Below, one piece after another: positions 14,100-27,800 of a DNA stretch of 64,000 bases. Under the pieces are notes generated by a model that saw only the letters and a list, made by a program, of their open reading frames with translations, was not told the DNA's origin and ran no database searches. Every line of letters starts with the position of its first letter. Position 1 is the first letter of the stretch. The translations under genes were made by a program, and so were the position numbers. Source of the stretch: Lingula anatina (taxonomy: Eukaryota > Animalia > Brachiopoda); the NCBI GenBank assembly GCA_051362555.1, contig CM120640.1, positions 12,648,001 through 12,712,000 of the forward strand. The letters are read 5' to 3'.

Positions 14100-15819
14100 G
14101 TGCTGTTGTTAAGTTTGGCCGACAGTTGACCTGTCTGTAGCTGGTGAAGAGTTTGGTCAGTCACCTTGGGTAATATTTACCAGTTATCAGGAGACAGGAG
14201 CTGGTTTTGTCCTGGAGCTGATTTAAAGCTGTGGCACATTCACTTTTAAATGATATGGATAGCACTTTATAATCACCCATGCATGTAATTGTGAGTCTGA
14301 TTGAAACTGAGGATGTCATATACATAGTAAATAAGATATTTACTGTTCCATAGAGCATTTCAGTGGATTGGAAAGAAAATTACTTGTACCAGTAGATACT
14401 CAGGTTAGATTTGTTAAAATGAATTTTTAAGCCTTTACTTCTCTCTCAGCTTGCACAATATTTGCTAGTGTATATCCATGTGTATATGAAGAACCAGTTG
14501 GATCTGTAAGTCATTTCATTCATGGTGAAATACTTAATGCAATTATTTAAAAGAACACTTACCACAGATTATATACAAAGGAATTTATATTTTAAAAAGG
14601 TCATTGTAATGTACTCATTGTTTTGTTATTCACCTTAATAATATAAGGAGTTGTAGTCATCTGTGATAGGGAGAAATATTTTCATTTTTATACATACATA
14701 TACCACAATAATAACATATATCTCTATAATATTTTTAACCTTTAAATAAATATTTCCAGTAATTGTGGGAACATAACAGCATCAGTGTTGTAGCTGTACT
14801 GGACCTGTAATTTTTAGAGTTTCATATTGAAGCATTGTCTCAGTAAGGTTAGATGGTTTTATTGCCATTGTTTCCATAATATTAGTTATTGCTGAGAGCC
14901 TGACATAAATGGAAGGAAAGTGGTTAAAGCAGTTATTTCAAAAAGCAAGACAGAATTTCCTTACCCATCAAAGTGATCTATTGGTCTATGTACATTTACA
15001 AAACTTATATTATAATATTATATTTACATCCATTTTGTAGAAGTTTAAACATTCCTTGTGTCCTTTCTTAACATTTTTTCATAATCCTATCTTGTTAGTC
15101 TAGTCTGTATATATTCAAGTCCCATGGTTGAATAAAATTTAATTGTTACAACTATAATAAGATAACTGTAATGTGTTTAACTTTATTTATATTAAATGAC
15201 CTGAATTCATGGTAAATAATGAAAGCCATAACTTGTACTTTGTTTTTGGTAAACCTTTTCAGATTGAAGCATTATAGTAACTCCTTTAACAAGAACCATT
15301 TTTTTTTTTCTGGACTGCATATCATAAAATCTTCAAAGTTATTACCTTTTTGAAAGAGGTCAACAACATTTTAAAATATTATGAAAATTATGTTGCTGGT
15401 GTAATAAAAATGTTAATACAATATAGGGTAACCAAACAGAAGTGATATTTTCAAATATACAGGAGAATATCTGGAATGTTGTAAGATAATATTAATGTCC
15501 TATGCACAGTTCAAAGATCCTTATATTGTTATTATTTTAGAAAAGTGTAATGAATGAATTAAGTATAACTTAAAGGAACAAAGCTAAATATCTTTAATTG
15601 ACAACATTGACTGAAATTCATAGCTGTTGAATGGAATGTTTCAGACAGGAGAAGAGTGACTTATTTTGGAATGTTTATATCATATTTATCATAAACTATT
15701 TGTTTGTTTATTGAAGTAGATGTGAATTACAGTATTTAGTAAGGTGCCGTTCTGGCCTAGTTAATGCAATAATCGCCATTTTCAGAAATGTTTGATTACA
15801 ATGTATATTGTATTGTCTC

Positions 15820-15825
15820 TAATAA
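15820..15825 (+). terminator. Candidate polyadenylation signal of the TRPA1-like gene (a second AATAAA is at ~15131)
   Basis: AATAAA downstream of the stop at 14099, followed by T/GT-rich sequence. Usage is not verified. Confidence 0.4.
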
Positions 15826-16727
15826 AATGTTAGGATTAATTGAAGTTCAAGGTATCCTTATGTTTTTTGCATCAGGTCCAATTAAAAAAAATTCTTACTT
15901 GCAAATCATTACTTGAACTGTTCCTTTACTTGCAATTGATATTTCAATTACTATTTCTAATTCTTCACAGAAATTGTTGTTACAGTAAGCAATTTTTTCT
16001 TGTGTGGGTTAAGATGCCATGGGTTGAAAGGAAATACATTCTTCTGAATCAGATATCTTTTGTTTCAGGCATTTTATCATTTTATGGCTCAAATTTGGAA
16101 AGACAAGTTTTACAGGGCAAAAAATATGGTTTTAGGACATTTCAAACATATGCAAAATAATTAAAAAAAAGAGTTAACCTGCATAAAGGAATCTGAAAAA
16201 TTTAAAATTACTATTTTATCCGTCTGGGTGTTTTTATTTCATTCACTCAATTAAAAGAATCAAATATATTAACACTCTCAAGCTACTATTCAGCAAATAA
16301 GTGACAATTGGCGGTAAAAAACTTCATTGTCTTTTTGTATAGGTCCCACATTTACTAGGTATTTAAGTTTTTGGCAGTCATCAGTAGAATACACATCTTA
16401 GATGTGCTTTTTTTAGCAATGTAGATACTTAGGCAGGACATGCTGTGTAGACAAAACGAGTGTAAATCAAGAAGAAATGTCGCATTCACTCATTATTTCA
16501 TTGAAGAAAATTATCATCCACTCATTGTTCATTGAATCTTGATATTAACCTTACACATCCTTAAAAAACTTGGAAACAATATTAACCCTCTTGTGGCTTA
16601 CTGTCCTTGTACAATTATTCTCTTGAATATTATGGATTTATAATATACAATTTATATATAATGTTCTGCTTATTTTACACTTTGTTCTACTTGATTTCAA
16701 GTATCACTTGCTATGCCTGTGGCTTTC

Positions 16728-19700
16728 TTATCGCTGCATGTAGAAGTCCAAAGCTTGATGGTGGCTTGCTTTTGGGATATTACAAGTGCGGGCAAACAGC
16801 AAAGAAGCTCCTCTCTTCAGCTCATTCTGAATAAAGACAAGAACTGTATTATACTTAATGCCATATATAATACTGACAATGATTATCTTTGATTTACATT
16901 TTTCATCTTATTTCAATTAGTTTATATTAAGAAATATAGAAAAAGACATTTGAGGAGATGAAAAATACAACATGAGAGACCTGTCAAGGCAGTGTGTGTG
17001 CACATACATACATACATGTAGTCTGTCCATAAAACTTTTAAGCAAACACATGAATTTAATATTTAACTGGCACTGGTTATCATAATGACAATACTTACAT
17101 TAGACTTAAGATAGGACCAGCAGTCTCTCCAGCTGTCAAATGCTGGAATTATTGGAGGAGCAGCCAAAGCAAGCCTATGGATATGAAAAGCGGAGAAATT
17201 ATAAATTTTATATTTTATGATTTAAATCAAGGTTTGCTCAGACAAACTTCTATAAACGTAGTTCTATTTAGCATTAGTATGAATACCATTAATCTTCTAT
17301 TATCAGTATTAAATTCCACAAATTTCAGGGCACCACTTCAACATACATAACGACAGATATTAAACTGAATCCCATTACATTAAAACAATATATTCCCTTA
17401 CCCTGCATTGTTCACTGCCATGATGTTGCTCACCAGTGTGAAGGAGTAAGTGAAATGGGTGGTAATGTGCTGAAAAAAAAAAATCACATTGCATGTCTGC
17501 CTTAAGTAACCTGAACTCTTATGGACATTAAGTTTGGAAATTACACAATCCTTATTTGTATATGCTGTTAGAGATACTGTTAGTAATACCATGTAAGGCT
17601 TCGTTCACATGGAAAGTCTATTTTCTAAAAATCTATTTTCTATTCGTGGTATATCTTGTGATCACGGTCTGTGCCCTGAATATCCCGCAGCGTAATTACT
17701 GGCAGCGCGAGCCAGTTACTTCCAAAGCTGTAATTAATTATCGGCTGTGCTCGGAGGAGATTCTTATACCTTGACACATGCGCAGTAGGAAGTTAGAAAG
17801 TTAATGGCGGTCGCGGTGGCTTTGAAAAATGTTTGTCGATTTTGTGCAACAACAAGACGAAGAAGATGAAGAAGCTATACACACAACAGATACGAGTGCA
17901 ACCGTCATGATCCGATGGCAAGCGATGCGGTAACGGAGGATGAGATTTTATAGAATGCGAGCACAGCCGAGAATTAATTACAGCTTTGTATAAGTAACTG
18001 GCTTGCGCTGCCAGTAATTACGCCGTGGGATATTCAGGACCGTGATCATAAGATACCGCGAATAGAAAACAGATTTTTAGAAAATAGACATTCCATGTGA
18101 ACGAAGCCCAATTCAAAACAAAAGCTTTAGTGCATGGTCAACTGTTAATAAGGTTAACCAAATATGAAAAGTTTACACCTTGCCCGGTTTTTGAAAAATA
18201 CATACCGTGCAAGCTGGATAAGTATAGGTCTGTAATTCCTGAAATGAAAAAGATAACAATAGGAGCTTCTAAAAAGATTTATACCAAATATACTTCCAGT
18301 TAGTAGCCATCAAAGAACTTGAAAATCTTCAAAACAGGTTCATTCGCAGTCTCCAAACAGTCTTTTGACAAACACATGCACCTCAACAAAGAACTATAAG
18401 AAACGTATGTAATATATATATACAAGAATAAAAGAAACATTATTTGGATAATTGTAAACTAACCTTGTCCTTCACTATATAACTGTTGATCAGATACACA
18501 AGGGTATTTGTGACCCACAGTAAGATGGTGTCCCCTATCAGGCGTGGCACTAGACCCCTAATACGTGCAAAATATATTAGTTATAAAACGAGCAAAATTA
18601 CTTAAACACCACTTCATATTTTTCCTCTTATTTCTGTAGTTTTAATGACTTTAAGGGTAGTCTGAAATCTATCATTCTAAGGTATGTGAGGCTGTAAATA
18701 AACCCTCCCTTGCCAGCTAACAGTACCTATTCAATGAAATATCAAATACATTGAGAAGTAGATTGCTTCCTAACTACAGACATCATCATCATCCTATGCT
18801 TGGATATTATTTCTGTCTTGACTAATGCAAACAACAGTTATGTTATATCAAATATATTACAGAATGCTTGGAAAACTGAAAACTACTTACGCAAAGAACC
18901 CCCAAATCCCCTCTTTTTGATATATCTCAGAATATGGTGTCAGCCATCCACTGAAAAAAAATTTTGATCATCAATCTGATATCATAATAGCATTCATTCA
19001 CATTTTCACTCATTTTACAAAAAATATACTTGGCAATTTCTCACAAATGCTGAACAACTTGAAAGTAATATGGGCAATTTGGGTCTGAATGGAAGTTCAA
19101 AGTGACACCCTGAAAATGCCAATATGTGAAAAAAGAACATTTCACAAAGAAATTGCATAACTCAAGAAAAATAACCCCATCAGGCTGGTTTTCAAAATTG
19201 TCCTGTATCCTGTAAGTTTGGAGACAATTTTTCAAGTGTTTTCACTTAATGTGTTATCTGCATTGCATGTATGCTGGAAAAAAAAAAAAAAAGAAGCTTT
19301 ACTGTATTTAATGAATGTTCATCAGTTCTGTAAGTTTGAGCAAAAGGTAAAATGTGGTCTCTGAAAGTGCATGGTGACAACAACAACAGATGCAGGTGAT
19401 GGCTATATGTACAGACACAACATGAAAAAATTAAAATAAAATTTAAAAAATTAATAAATAAATTAATAAATTATTTAATAAAAAAGTAATAATTCAACAT
19501 GGTTGAATTATTACAATAAGATGAAACATATAAAATCATGAAACATTTTTCCATTTAACTTTGTCCTAAATTTTACATTTTTAATTAAAGTACCTGTAAA
19601 TATCTTCTCTTCCTACAAATTCTGCCATGGATCGCACCATTATCACTGCAAAGAGAGAAGCAGATGTACAAATGACAAACATGAGACACCATCATTACTG

Positions 19701-22700
19701 CAACATCTAAATATTCTTCCAAAAGATTAAAAAAACCTTTATACTGCTGTTAGTTAAGATATGTAATCCTTAAGCCCCTATTTATTAACAAGTTTTCTTG
19801 TAAGCCTTAGCTCATCTAAAGAAAATCTTCTTAAAATATTATACTTGAGCCTCTTGTAAGCCTTGGCTCATCTAAAGAAAATCTTCTTAAAATATAATAC
19901 TCCAGCCTCTTGCTATGTCAACAAGTCTTCTTGTAAGCCTTAGCTCATCTAAAGAAAATCTTCTTAAAATATAATACTTGAGCCTTTATATATTAAAATG
20001 TCTTCTTGCAAGCCTTAGCTCATCTAATGAAAATCTTTAAATATTTTACATGAACAATATAATACAACTTGCAAGTACCATTAGAACTCTTGGATCCAGT
20101 GGACAAATTCAGATACAAAAAAGACACTTAAAATGTATGGTTACAGGAGTTTTGAGCCTGCAGCATCAATTTTATGGTCTTATTTTAACAAATCAAATGT
20201 GTCTCTTAATCACTCTTATCATTTAAAAATTTTTAATTAAAAATATTTTGATTAACTTATCACTGCAAAGAGAGAGGCAGATGTACAAATGACAAACTTA
20301 ACTTAATCTTTTAGTTTTAATAACTGTTATATTTGTTTTTAATTTACGTGTAGTTTTAGTTCTTATATAATACTTGGGCCTCTTCATATTAACAAGTCCT
20401 TTTGCAAGCTTTTCTAGGAATGGATTTTGAAATAAAACTTTGCAATATTATACTAAACAGGGCCTGAGATTCCCATCGAACTGCTTGAGCCTATTTATAA
20501 AAAATCTTTTCTTGTATAATTTACCTTGGAATGGATGGCTTATGATAATCCCTGCATACCTGGCAATCATGTCTTGTGTAGTCTGAAAGAGTATAATATT
20601 GCTTTTTATCTGAATAATTTCCAGACTTTAGATGGAAATGTTGATTTTGTGAATGTGTCAACAAAATTCTGCAATCAAATGAATCAACTTACACATCTAC
20701 TGCTCAACTTTCTGTTGATCAACATGGTTCATGAGTTTTGAAATATATCTCAAATTAATATCAACATTCTCTTCAAAACTTACCAACATAATTCTATGTG
20801 GTAAAACCTTGCACACATGAGTTGTTCATGTATACTTACCTCAAGGAGGTATTTCTTCACAGATCCCTCTGGCTCATTTGCATCTAATGTCCATTTGCTT
20901 TTTAGTACCTGGTACAATAGTAATCACACAATCTATTAATAATCTGTGGCAAATTTTGTAATAACAAAAGCAGTAACATTGTTCTCCTTTGGATAAAACT
21001 GTTCTCTTACATTTTACATAATAATGGCTTTACAAGACTGAACTGAATTTGCTGTTTATAAAATAAATACATAAATAAAAATAAAACAAGGCTAAGCAAT
21101 ATACAGTGATATCATCCTTTTGGAAAGTGGACCCATTGCATTCTTCCCTTAAAGATGTTAAAAAGCTAGTTAAAGCTGACATATAGACAGAAAACCTTTT
21201 AAGGAGTAAACACGGAAAAGTGACAAAATAATAAAATTTAGGCCTGGACGCCCAGCCCAAACGCCTACTACAAATTCAGGGCCAAAATTACTGAAAGGAA
21301 TGCTGAGATAAGAAAAATAATCCTGGGTTGTTTTCAAACTCAAACTGTATCTTAGCACTGTAAATTATAAGTTTTCCTTTTCTTGGGTTTATGAAGGCAG
21401 TGTACAAAGTAGTTTTTTTTTATCAATTTTGATACAACAACCCTTAAACATATTTATCACCAAAGTTTAATTATGTACTGCTGTTGCTGTGGACATTTAA
21501 AATGTAACAGTCACACCAATGAAATTTGAAGTCACACCGTGAAAATGTGTGAAAAAAATTAATCCAATCTTTAAACTCGGGATATGCTTTAGTCCCAAAA
21601 AATCATTCTTATAACTTTAAGAATAACAAGTAATGTTGGCAATGGCAAGCAAGTAATGGTTGATGTTTTCAGAAACATAGGGGCTGCACTTAAAATTACA
21701 AAGAGAAAAACTTACCTTTCTTATTGAAGCTCCAACATAGTTGGAAGTCAGTGTACTTATCAACCTAGGTGACAGGCCACGAAATAGACCAGTGAAGCCA
21801 TCAGTTCTTCTTATGTGACCCACTGAAGAAAAAAGCCCATTCATATTTTTGAAAATAAATGACATATTTAGTCACATATTTAAAATACACAAGAATTAGT
21901 GCCACTTAGTAACAAGGATTCAATTATATATTTCTGAACACTTTAATAAATTTGTATACCAGTATTCAAAATCCCAAAAGTGCATTTCCATATTTTCCTG
22001 ACCTTGTAGCTTTTTTACTAAAAAAAATTGTAGTAGCTTCCACTCCTAACAACTTTACCTCAAAAGCATTTCAAAGAATGGTTTATTCAAAATTTTCCAG
22101 GGAAATGATGTTATAGATGACAAAAGTAATGACCATTCAACATAACAAATAGTGTAAAAATTGAATAAACTCAATCTACTTTACACTGAAACATCAAGTT
22201 ACACAACCTATAAGTACACAAAAGTTGATTAAGTTAATTAGTTTGGAGGAAGTTAAGACATCTTGTGGTTTAACAGCCTTGTTCTGAAACTTACCATAGG
22301 CGAACACCCCTGGGTAAGCTAAGATGTCTTTACCAAACCAGATGAAAGATTTGGTCTGGTATGGTGATAAAGGTTCATGTCCAAGCTGAAAAAAAAGAAG
22401 AAAATTCAATGTATGATGCAATTACTTTCATTTTGTATAATCACAATGTTATGCCTGTTATGTTTTGATGTGCTTGGCACCCTCTATTTTGTTGACTACA
22501 ATGGGATTTCACTGTAATATTCATTTGTCTTGATTATTATACACCACTGTTCAGTGAAAACAGGTAAAATGATATAAATAAAACGGTCAGACGAAGCTGA
22601 TCAGGATGAACCGGTCTGATGATGATATGGGAATTTATCATGATGCTCGTTTTGTCTTGTGGAATTTTTTCACTAATTTATGAAACGCAGAAGCAATGAG

Positions 22701-22802
22701 TATCACAGGGATGTGACTCACCTGTATTAAAACCCTTGCATAGGTAAACGGGTGGGAAGCGGTTGAGACCGCTGTGGTAAGAGCAAATTGACCTGCATCC
22801 AT
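16728..22802 (-). CDS. MTCH2: Mitochondrial carrier homolog 2 (MTCH2/MTCH1-like), complete multi-exon gene
   Basis: Minus-strand exons: ATG at 22802 (MDAGQFALTTAVSTASHPFTYARVLIQ), ~22386-22294 (LGHEPLSPYQTKSFIWFGK), ~21822-21716 (GHIRRTDGFTGLFRGLSPRL), ~20909-20839, ~20582-20525 (ARYAGIIISHPFQ), ~19645-19593 (VIMVRSMAEFVGREDIY), ~18951-18890 (IYQKEGIWGFFA), 18557-18464 (GLVPRLIGD), 18238-18206 (ELQTYTYPACT), ~17470-17402 (FTYSFTLVSNIMAVNNAG), 17174-17099 (PAFDSWRDCWSYL) and 16826-16728 (NELKRGASLLFAR, stop). These match recalled human MTCH2 motifs throughout. Confidence 0.93.
17597..18108 (+). mobile_element. MITE with ~150-bp TIRs, probably PIF/Harbinger-derived (copy A, in an MTCH2 intron)
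   Basis: Ends are GGCTTCGTTCACATGGAA...TTCCATGTGAACGAAGCC. The inverted arms span ~17597-17754 and ~17958-18108. Flanks are TAA and CAA (an imperfect 3-bp TSD). CpG-rich relative to its surroundings, with a near-identical copy at 35168-35679. Confidence 0.85.
19795..20050. repeat. Degenerate tandem repeat, ~4 copies, in an MTCH2 intron
   Basis: TCTTGTAAGCCTTAGCTCATCTAAAGAAAATCTTCTTAAAATAT recurs at ~19796, 19852, 19929 and 20004 with variable spacers. Confidence 0.85.
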
Positions 22803-23318
22803 GATACCACACTGGGAGAACGTGAAGTAGGAAGATTACCTTTATAATTTACAATACGCGCGTGTAAATATCAAACACCTATTTTTAGTTGAACCTTTAA
22901 TTTGGGCGTATAGCTGAAAGAAAAAAATAGACAATGTAAATATTCAATTAATTTTCTTATTAAATATATATCTAAGCAATGGTAATGAATTTTCTTAAAA
23001 CAAAATCAGCTGTGCTCACTCAATAGATTTTTACGCGCTACAATAATAAATAAACATTTCCTGTCTTCAATACGAAAGAGCAAAGTCGGTGTAGACTAGT
23101 TGATTTTTTACACGGAATTTCTAAAGTTATATGGCATTTTGTATATGCACATGCATATGCTTAGTACTGTTTTTCAAAGAACTGAAAAAATTATATAATT
23201 AAGCACGCATAATGGTATATTTAGCAGTAATTCAGCAATGAGACGTGCAATCTGGCTGATGAGTGAGTGATGCCTGACGAGAGATGTAGGCTTGGCTAAT
23301 GTAACATTGGTTGACAAA
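22803..23318. promoter_or_regulatory. Bidirectional promoter region between MTCH2 (-) and TRAPPC10 (+)
   Basis: The divergent start codons are only ~516 bp apart. CpGs are locally retained (ACGCGCGT, ACGCGC) in otherwise CpG-poor DNA. Confidence 0.75.
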
Positions 23319-24801
23319 ATGGAGAAAAGACCAATAATTACTTGTAAGCAACATTAAACTTTGTTAGATCATCAAAATTTACCCATGGCATTCACTTAGG
23401 GCTGTGTGCTATTGTTGGTGACATCAAACACCGTCATAAATGATGAAAGCTTGGTTGAAATTTAAATGGCCATACGCCATGTACAGTACTTGCTGTAAAC
23501 ACGACATGCAACAAAAATCCATTAGGCTTCCTCATATCCAGTATACCTACCAACTCATATTGCTACTTGGTTCTTCTTCACTTTAAAGTATTCCATCTGC
23601 AGATGTTGGGGATAATTTCCATGCTTTTTCTCATATTTTTCTCCTCTTATTTTCACAGGTTATGGGGACCAGACGCTGTACTCTTCCCTCTGCCCAGCCG
23701 TTACAGAGATGCTGCCCAGGGCTGCTGTGGAATGGAGGAGGTAGGATCCAAAACACATGCAATGTGCAGTATATTAGACATGAAAATAAAGATAAAAGCC
23801 AAGTGTGAGATTGTTTTTTGTGAGATATGTTTTATGAAGGGTAACCACTCTGACCTTTAATTACATAGTACCGTATGAGTTAACTACTTTAAAATGCCTA
23901 TTATGAATTTTAGTGGACTTGAGAGGGGTGGCTCCTACTGATTGCTTATATGTTACCACTGTTGAACTGTGATTCAGGTTCACATTCATGTTTGGTTTAT
24001 GTGAAATTATATATGATTTTAAGGTCCTATGGTCGACCAGCAAGAAAAGTCTGCGTGGAAGCCACATTTGTTCCATTCGATGCAGAGATATTCAAAGCCA
24101 AAGAAGCTGATGACTTCTGCCAGTTGACAAGTCTGCCTTACTTTCACTTGTACTGGACAGACTGTGTATGTCTCATTTGTTCATAGAACTGTGTTTTCTT
24201 TACTTTTGATTACTTTATTTTTTGCTATCAAAGATGAAAGAAATTAGTTTCTTTTTACCTATTTCCAGGTATTAACTATTTAGATAGTTATTGTAATGGA
24301 AATTTTAAACTGAGTCATTAGTTTATTGAAACTGTTGACTCTTTTCTTGTCTTTGCATATTAACGTTTGCTTTATATATCACAACTTTTAGGATCTGGAC
24401 ACATACAAATCCAGTATTAGAGACCACATAAGTACTTGGTTGAGTATTCTAAGGAATTATGGTATTAGTGATTGGATGATTATAGTGGTGACCCATGATG
24501 AAAAGAGTGTCAAGAGCAAATTACTTCCACGAACTAATGTGTATGACAAAGTGAAGAATGATTTCTGTGGGAAATATGCTGACAGGTCAGTTGTCGATTG
24601 TACAATTATGGAAAATCTATATTGCAAAAAATCTTTGGCATGTAAACAGTCAGTGCAAATTTTTTGGGATACTAAGGTCAAAGCATCTGCATGCTCAAAA
24701 CTAACAAATGTCAATAAAACTAAAGCCTAGCCTGGCTAGGCTTTAGTTTTATTGACTTTTGTCATGAGGGCAGTGGTTGTATGATTTTTAAATGTATATT
24801 T

Positions 24802-24856
<55 letters not shown>

Positions 24857-27800
24857 TTTTTGTATATTTTTTTGTACAATATCAATTAATACCAACCCAC
24901 TTTAAAAAAAAGTGGGTTGGTATTGATTGATATTGTTAAAAAAAAAACAGTAAGAAACTGTAGAGAAAAAATGCTTAGTACACAACGTGTTTGCATATCT
25001 TTGTATGGCAGGCTGACAACACTGACATGTAGGATTTCTTGGTACTTTCAACTTTCTATATTTTAAGTAAATATACAATGTTACAGGTGTGTTATGTTGG
25101 CAGAGCCTTTGAAGTCTGATCCCCGAAGTTCTGAGTCTTGGAACAATTTCCTCAACAAGTTTCGTGTGCAGATCTTAGAGTCATTCAATATTTCTTTGAA
25201 CAAATTTGAAGAAAAACTGAGGTCACAGAGAGAACTGAGAACACAAGCAGGATGGGATTTTTGCCAATATTTTCTCATGCAGGTGAATAATAACCATGAG
25301 ACAGCAATTACATTTTTAACTAATATGATGTGATGAAATAGATTTTCGAAAGATGTTAATAAATGTGCTTATAAATTGTGATTGAGGAAAAAAGATGATA
25401 AAGTTTCTTCAATAATTTTGCAGGAGGAACTAGCTTTCATGTTTGAAATGCTTGGTGTGTATGAAGATGCCTTAATCCAATATGATGAACTGGATGCCCT
25501 CTTTAGCCAATTTCTTCTGAACCACGCAGCTGGAGGTAATGATATATCCTTTCAAGAATACTCCTTTCATTACCACATTCATTTATACTGCTGTTCTTTC
25601 TAGGTCTGGTCTAAATTTATTGGGCAGCATTACCTGAAAGAGAACTTATCAAACTATTGATTATTTTGTAAACAATCATATTAGATTGAAAAATTGGTTA
25701 TATTAATTTTTTTGTTATAGCTACTGCTGAGTGGATTACTAACTTGACCAAACCTTGTGAACATTGGGAGGGTTTAAACCTTTCTCGACCTGTGGATAAA
25801 GAAAAAAGGTATGGTTATAGTAATAGTGTTTCAAGTGCACCAAGTCTAGTTAGTACTTTCTTTCTTGAGATACAATATTATACTGGTCCCTTTACTACAA
25901 TGGAAAATTAAAAAAACTGAGTGATATTATTTTATTGTAAATATATTCACTGTCAAAGTGATGTCTCTGCTTCAGGTATCAGATCCAGCTGAACAAAATC
26001 ACCCTCCTTGACCTGCGAAGTTACCTGTTCTCCAGGCAGTGTGCCTTACTGTTCCTGCTGTACAGACCCTGGGAAGTGGCACAGAGGTCCATGGGTTTCA
26101 TGCAGACATGTGTACAGGATGTGGAGTTGCTGGAGGTATTAACATATGCATTTTTACTCATTGTAAAATAATTGATAATTGAGTATGAAGCTTGAAGTTG
26201 TTTTTGTAACCTCCACTATGAAGATTCCTGTTTGTTAGTGGACAAGCTGTCTGAGAAAGTTGTTAACAAATTTTGTTGAGATTTTCAGGATAGTTTTTTT
26301 CAGGAGGGAAAGAAGCTATAACAGTTTTGAATGAATCTGGGTCTCTTAATATTTTAAAAGGATCTTTATGCCCTTTTCCTTGATGTCTACATTCTTGTGG
26401 TTGTCTCTAGCATATTTATTGTTCTGTTCAAATGTAGGAATTTGCTTTAGAAATTGCCTTTCCTATTTAAAGGCTGATACAACATTTAACTGCTGTTATT
26501 AAATAAAAATCATGAAAAAGGTGATAAAATTGAATCACGTTTTGTTTTTGTTGACTGAAATACCTATTTCAATGTCTGCATTATATACCTCAAATGCCCT
26601 TCAAACATTCTACAGTGCACACATATATACTTCTCTGTCTCCACCAGGTTCATACCCCTCCAGGCTCTCTGGCGTGCTGGGTGTTCCTCAGCTGCATGGA
26701 GACGCTGCAGGCCTGTGAGAAGTTCAGTCAATCTGGGCAGGTGGCGACATACTCTTTACATACAGCCAGCTTGTGGGATTACACTAGAAAGAAGGTAACA
26801 TTACTGTTGATGTGTTAATGAATTGGAATGTTATTTTTTTTGGTTTGCACAATGAAGTTATATTACTGTTGAATTTGCCAGTGAAAAAAGTGGGGACTGT
26901 GGTCTGATATTACATAAGTTTAATATGTAGATAATTGGATGATATTTCTGGAAAAGTCAATGCATTCATGTTTCACACATTTAATTGCTACACTTTGGAA
27001 ATATATCTTTAAATATTATTAGTGTTGCAAAGTTTTTTTATGAAACTTCAAAATAATGAAAATCTAGTTTAGCCCATGATTTATGTAGTTTTATGATATA
27101 CTTCAGCTGTATGAGTTAGGTGAACTATGTGGGCTGTTACCAGGAATGACCCCATCATCTGAACAGCTCCATCTTGTGGTAGATTTAGTTGCTGGAATGA
27201 GAATTCTGGAACAGAGGGAGGGGGAGAGTCCGAAATCCAAGCTGCAAGAAGCCTTGTCATCACAGACAGCTTTTCAAAAGAATTATCTTGTAAGTAAAAT
27301 TACAAAGTTACAATATTGTGATACACTTGATTAGGAAAGGGGATGTTAGTGAAGGAGAAAACCACAGGAAATGAGATTGAAAGTTTTGTATGAAATGTGT
27401 TATTAGTTGTGTTGCTTTCTAATATTTTGTCCAAGGCTAAATAACATGTCTAGGGAAAATATTTTTTTCACAATTAGGAACTGTCAGAACTAGCCATGGG
27501 AACATTTAAACACATTGGAAGGATGAGGTCAGCCAAACGGATTGGGCAAGATTTGGCAGACTTTTACATGTAAGTGCACAATAGAGCCTTGCAGCAGTGG
27601 CTCTGAACTATAACGGTGGTCCATATACTGCCCATATGCTTGATAATAAATGTCTGTATTATGTTTTTGATTAAAGTATTTTAATATTTCAAAAATACTT
27701 ACATGTACTTTTTAATACATCTGAAAATACATTTTTCAACTTTTTTCTCCTTGTAGAAATCTAAATAAAGTAGGAGAAAAGCTCACTAAAATCTTTGTTG

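Noticed and set aside
18990-19420. Possible old Helitron or MITE remnants (also 7690-7820 and 63555-63700)
   Set aside because: Repeat-like in character but too decayed to define ends or family by eye.
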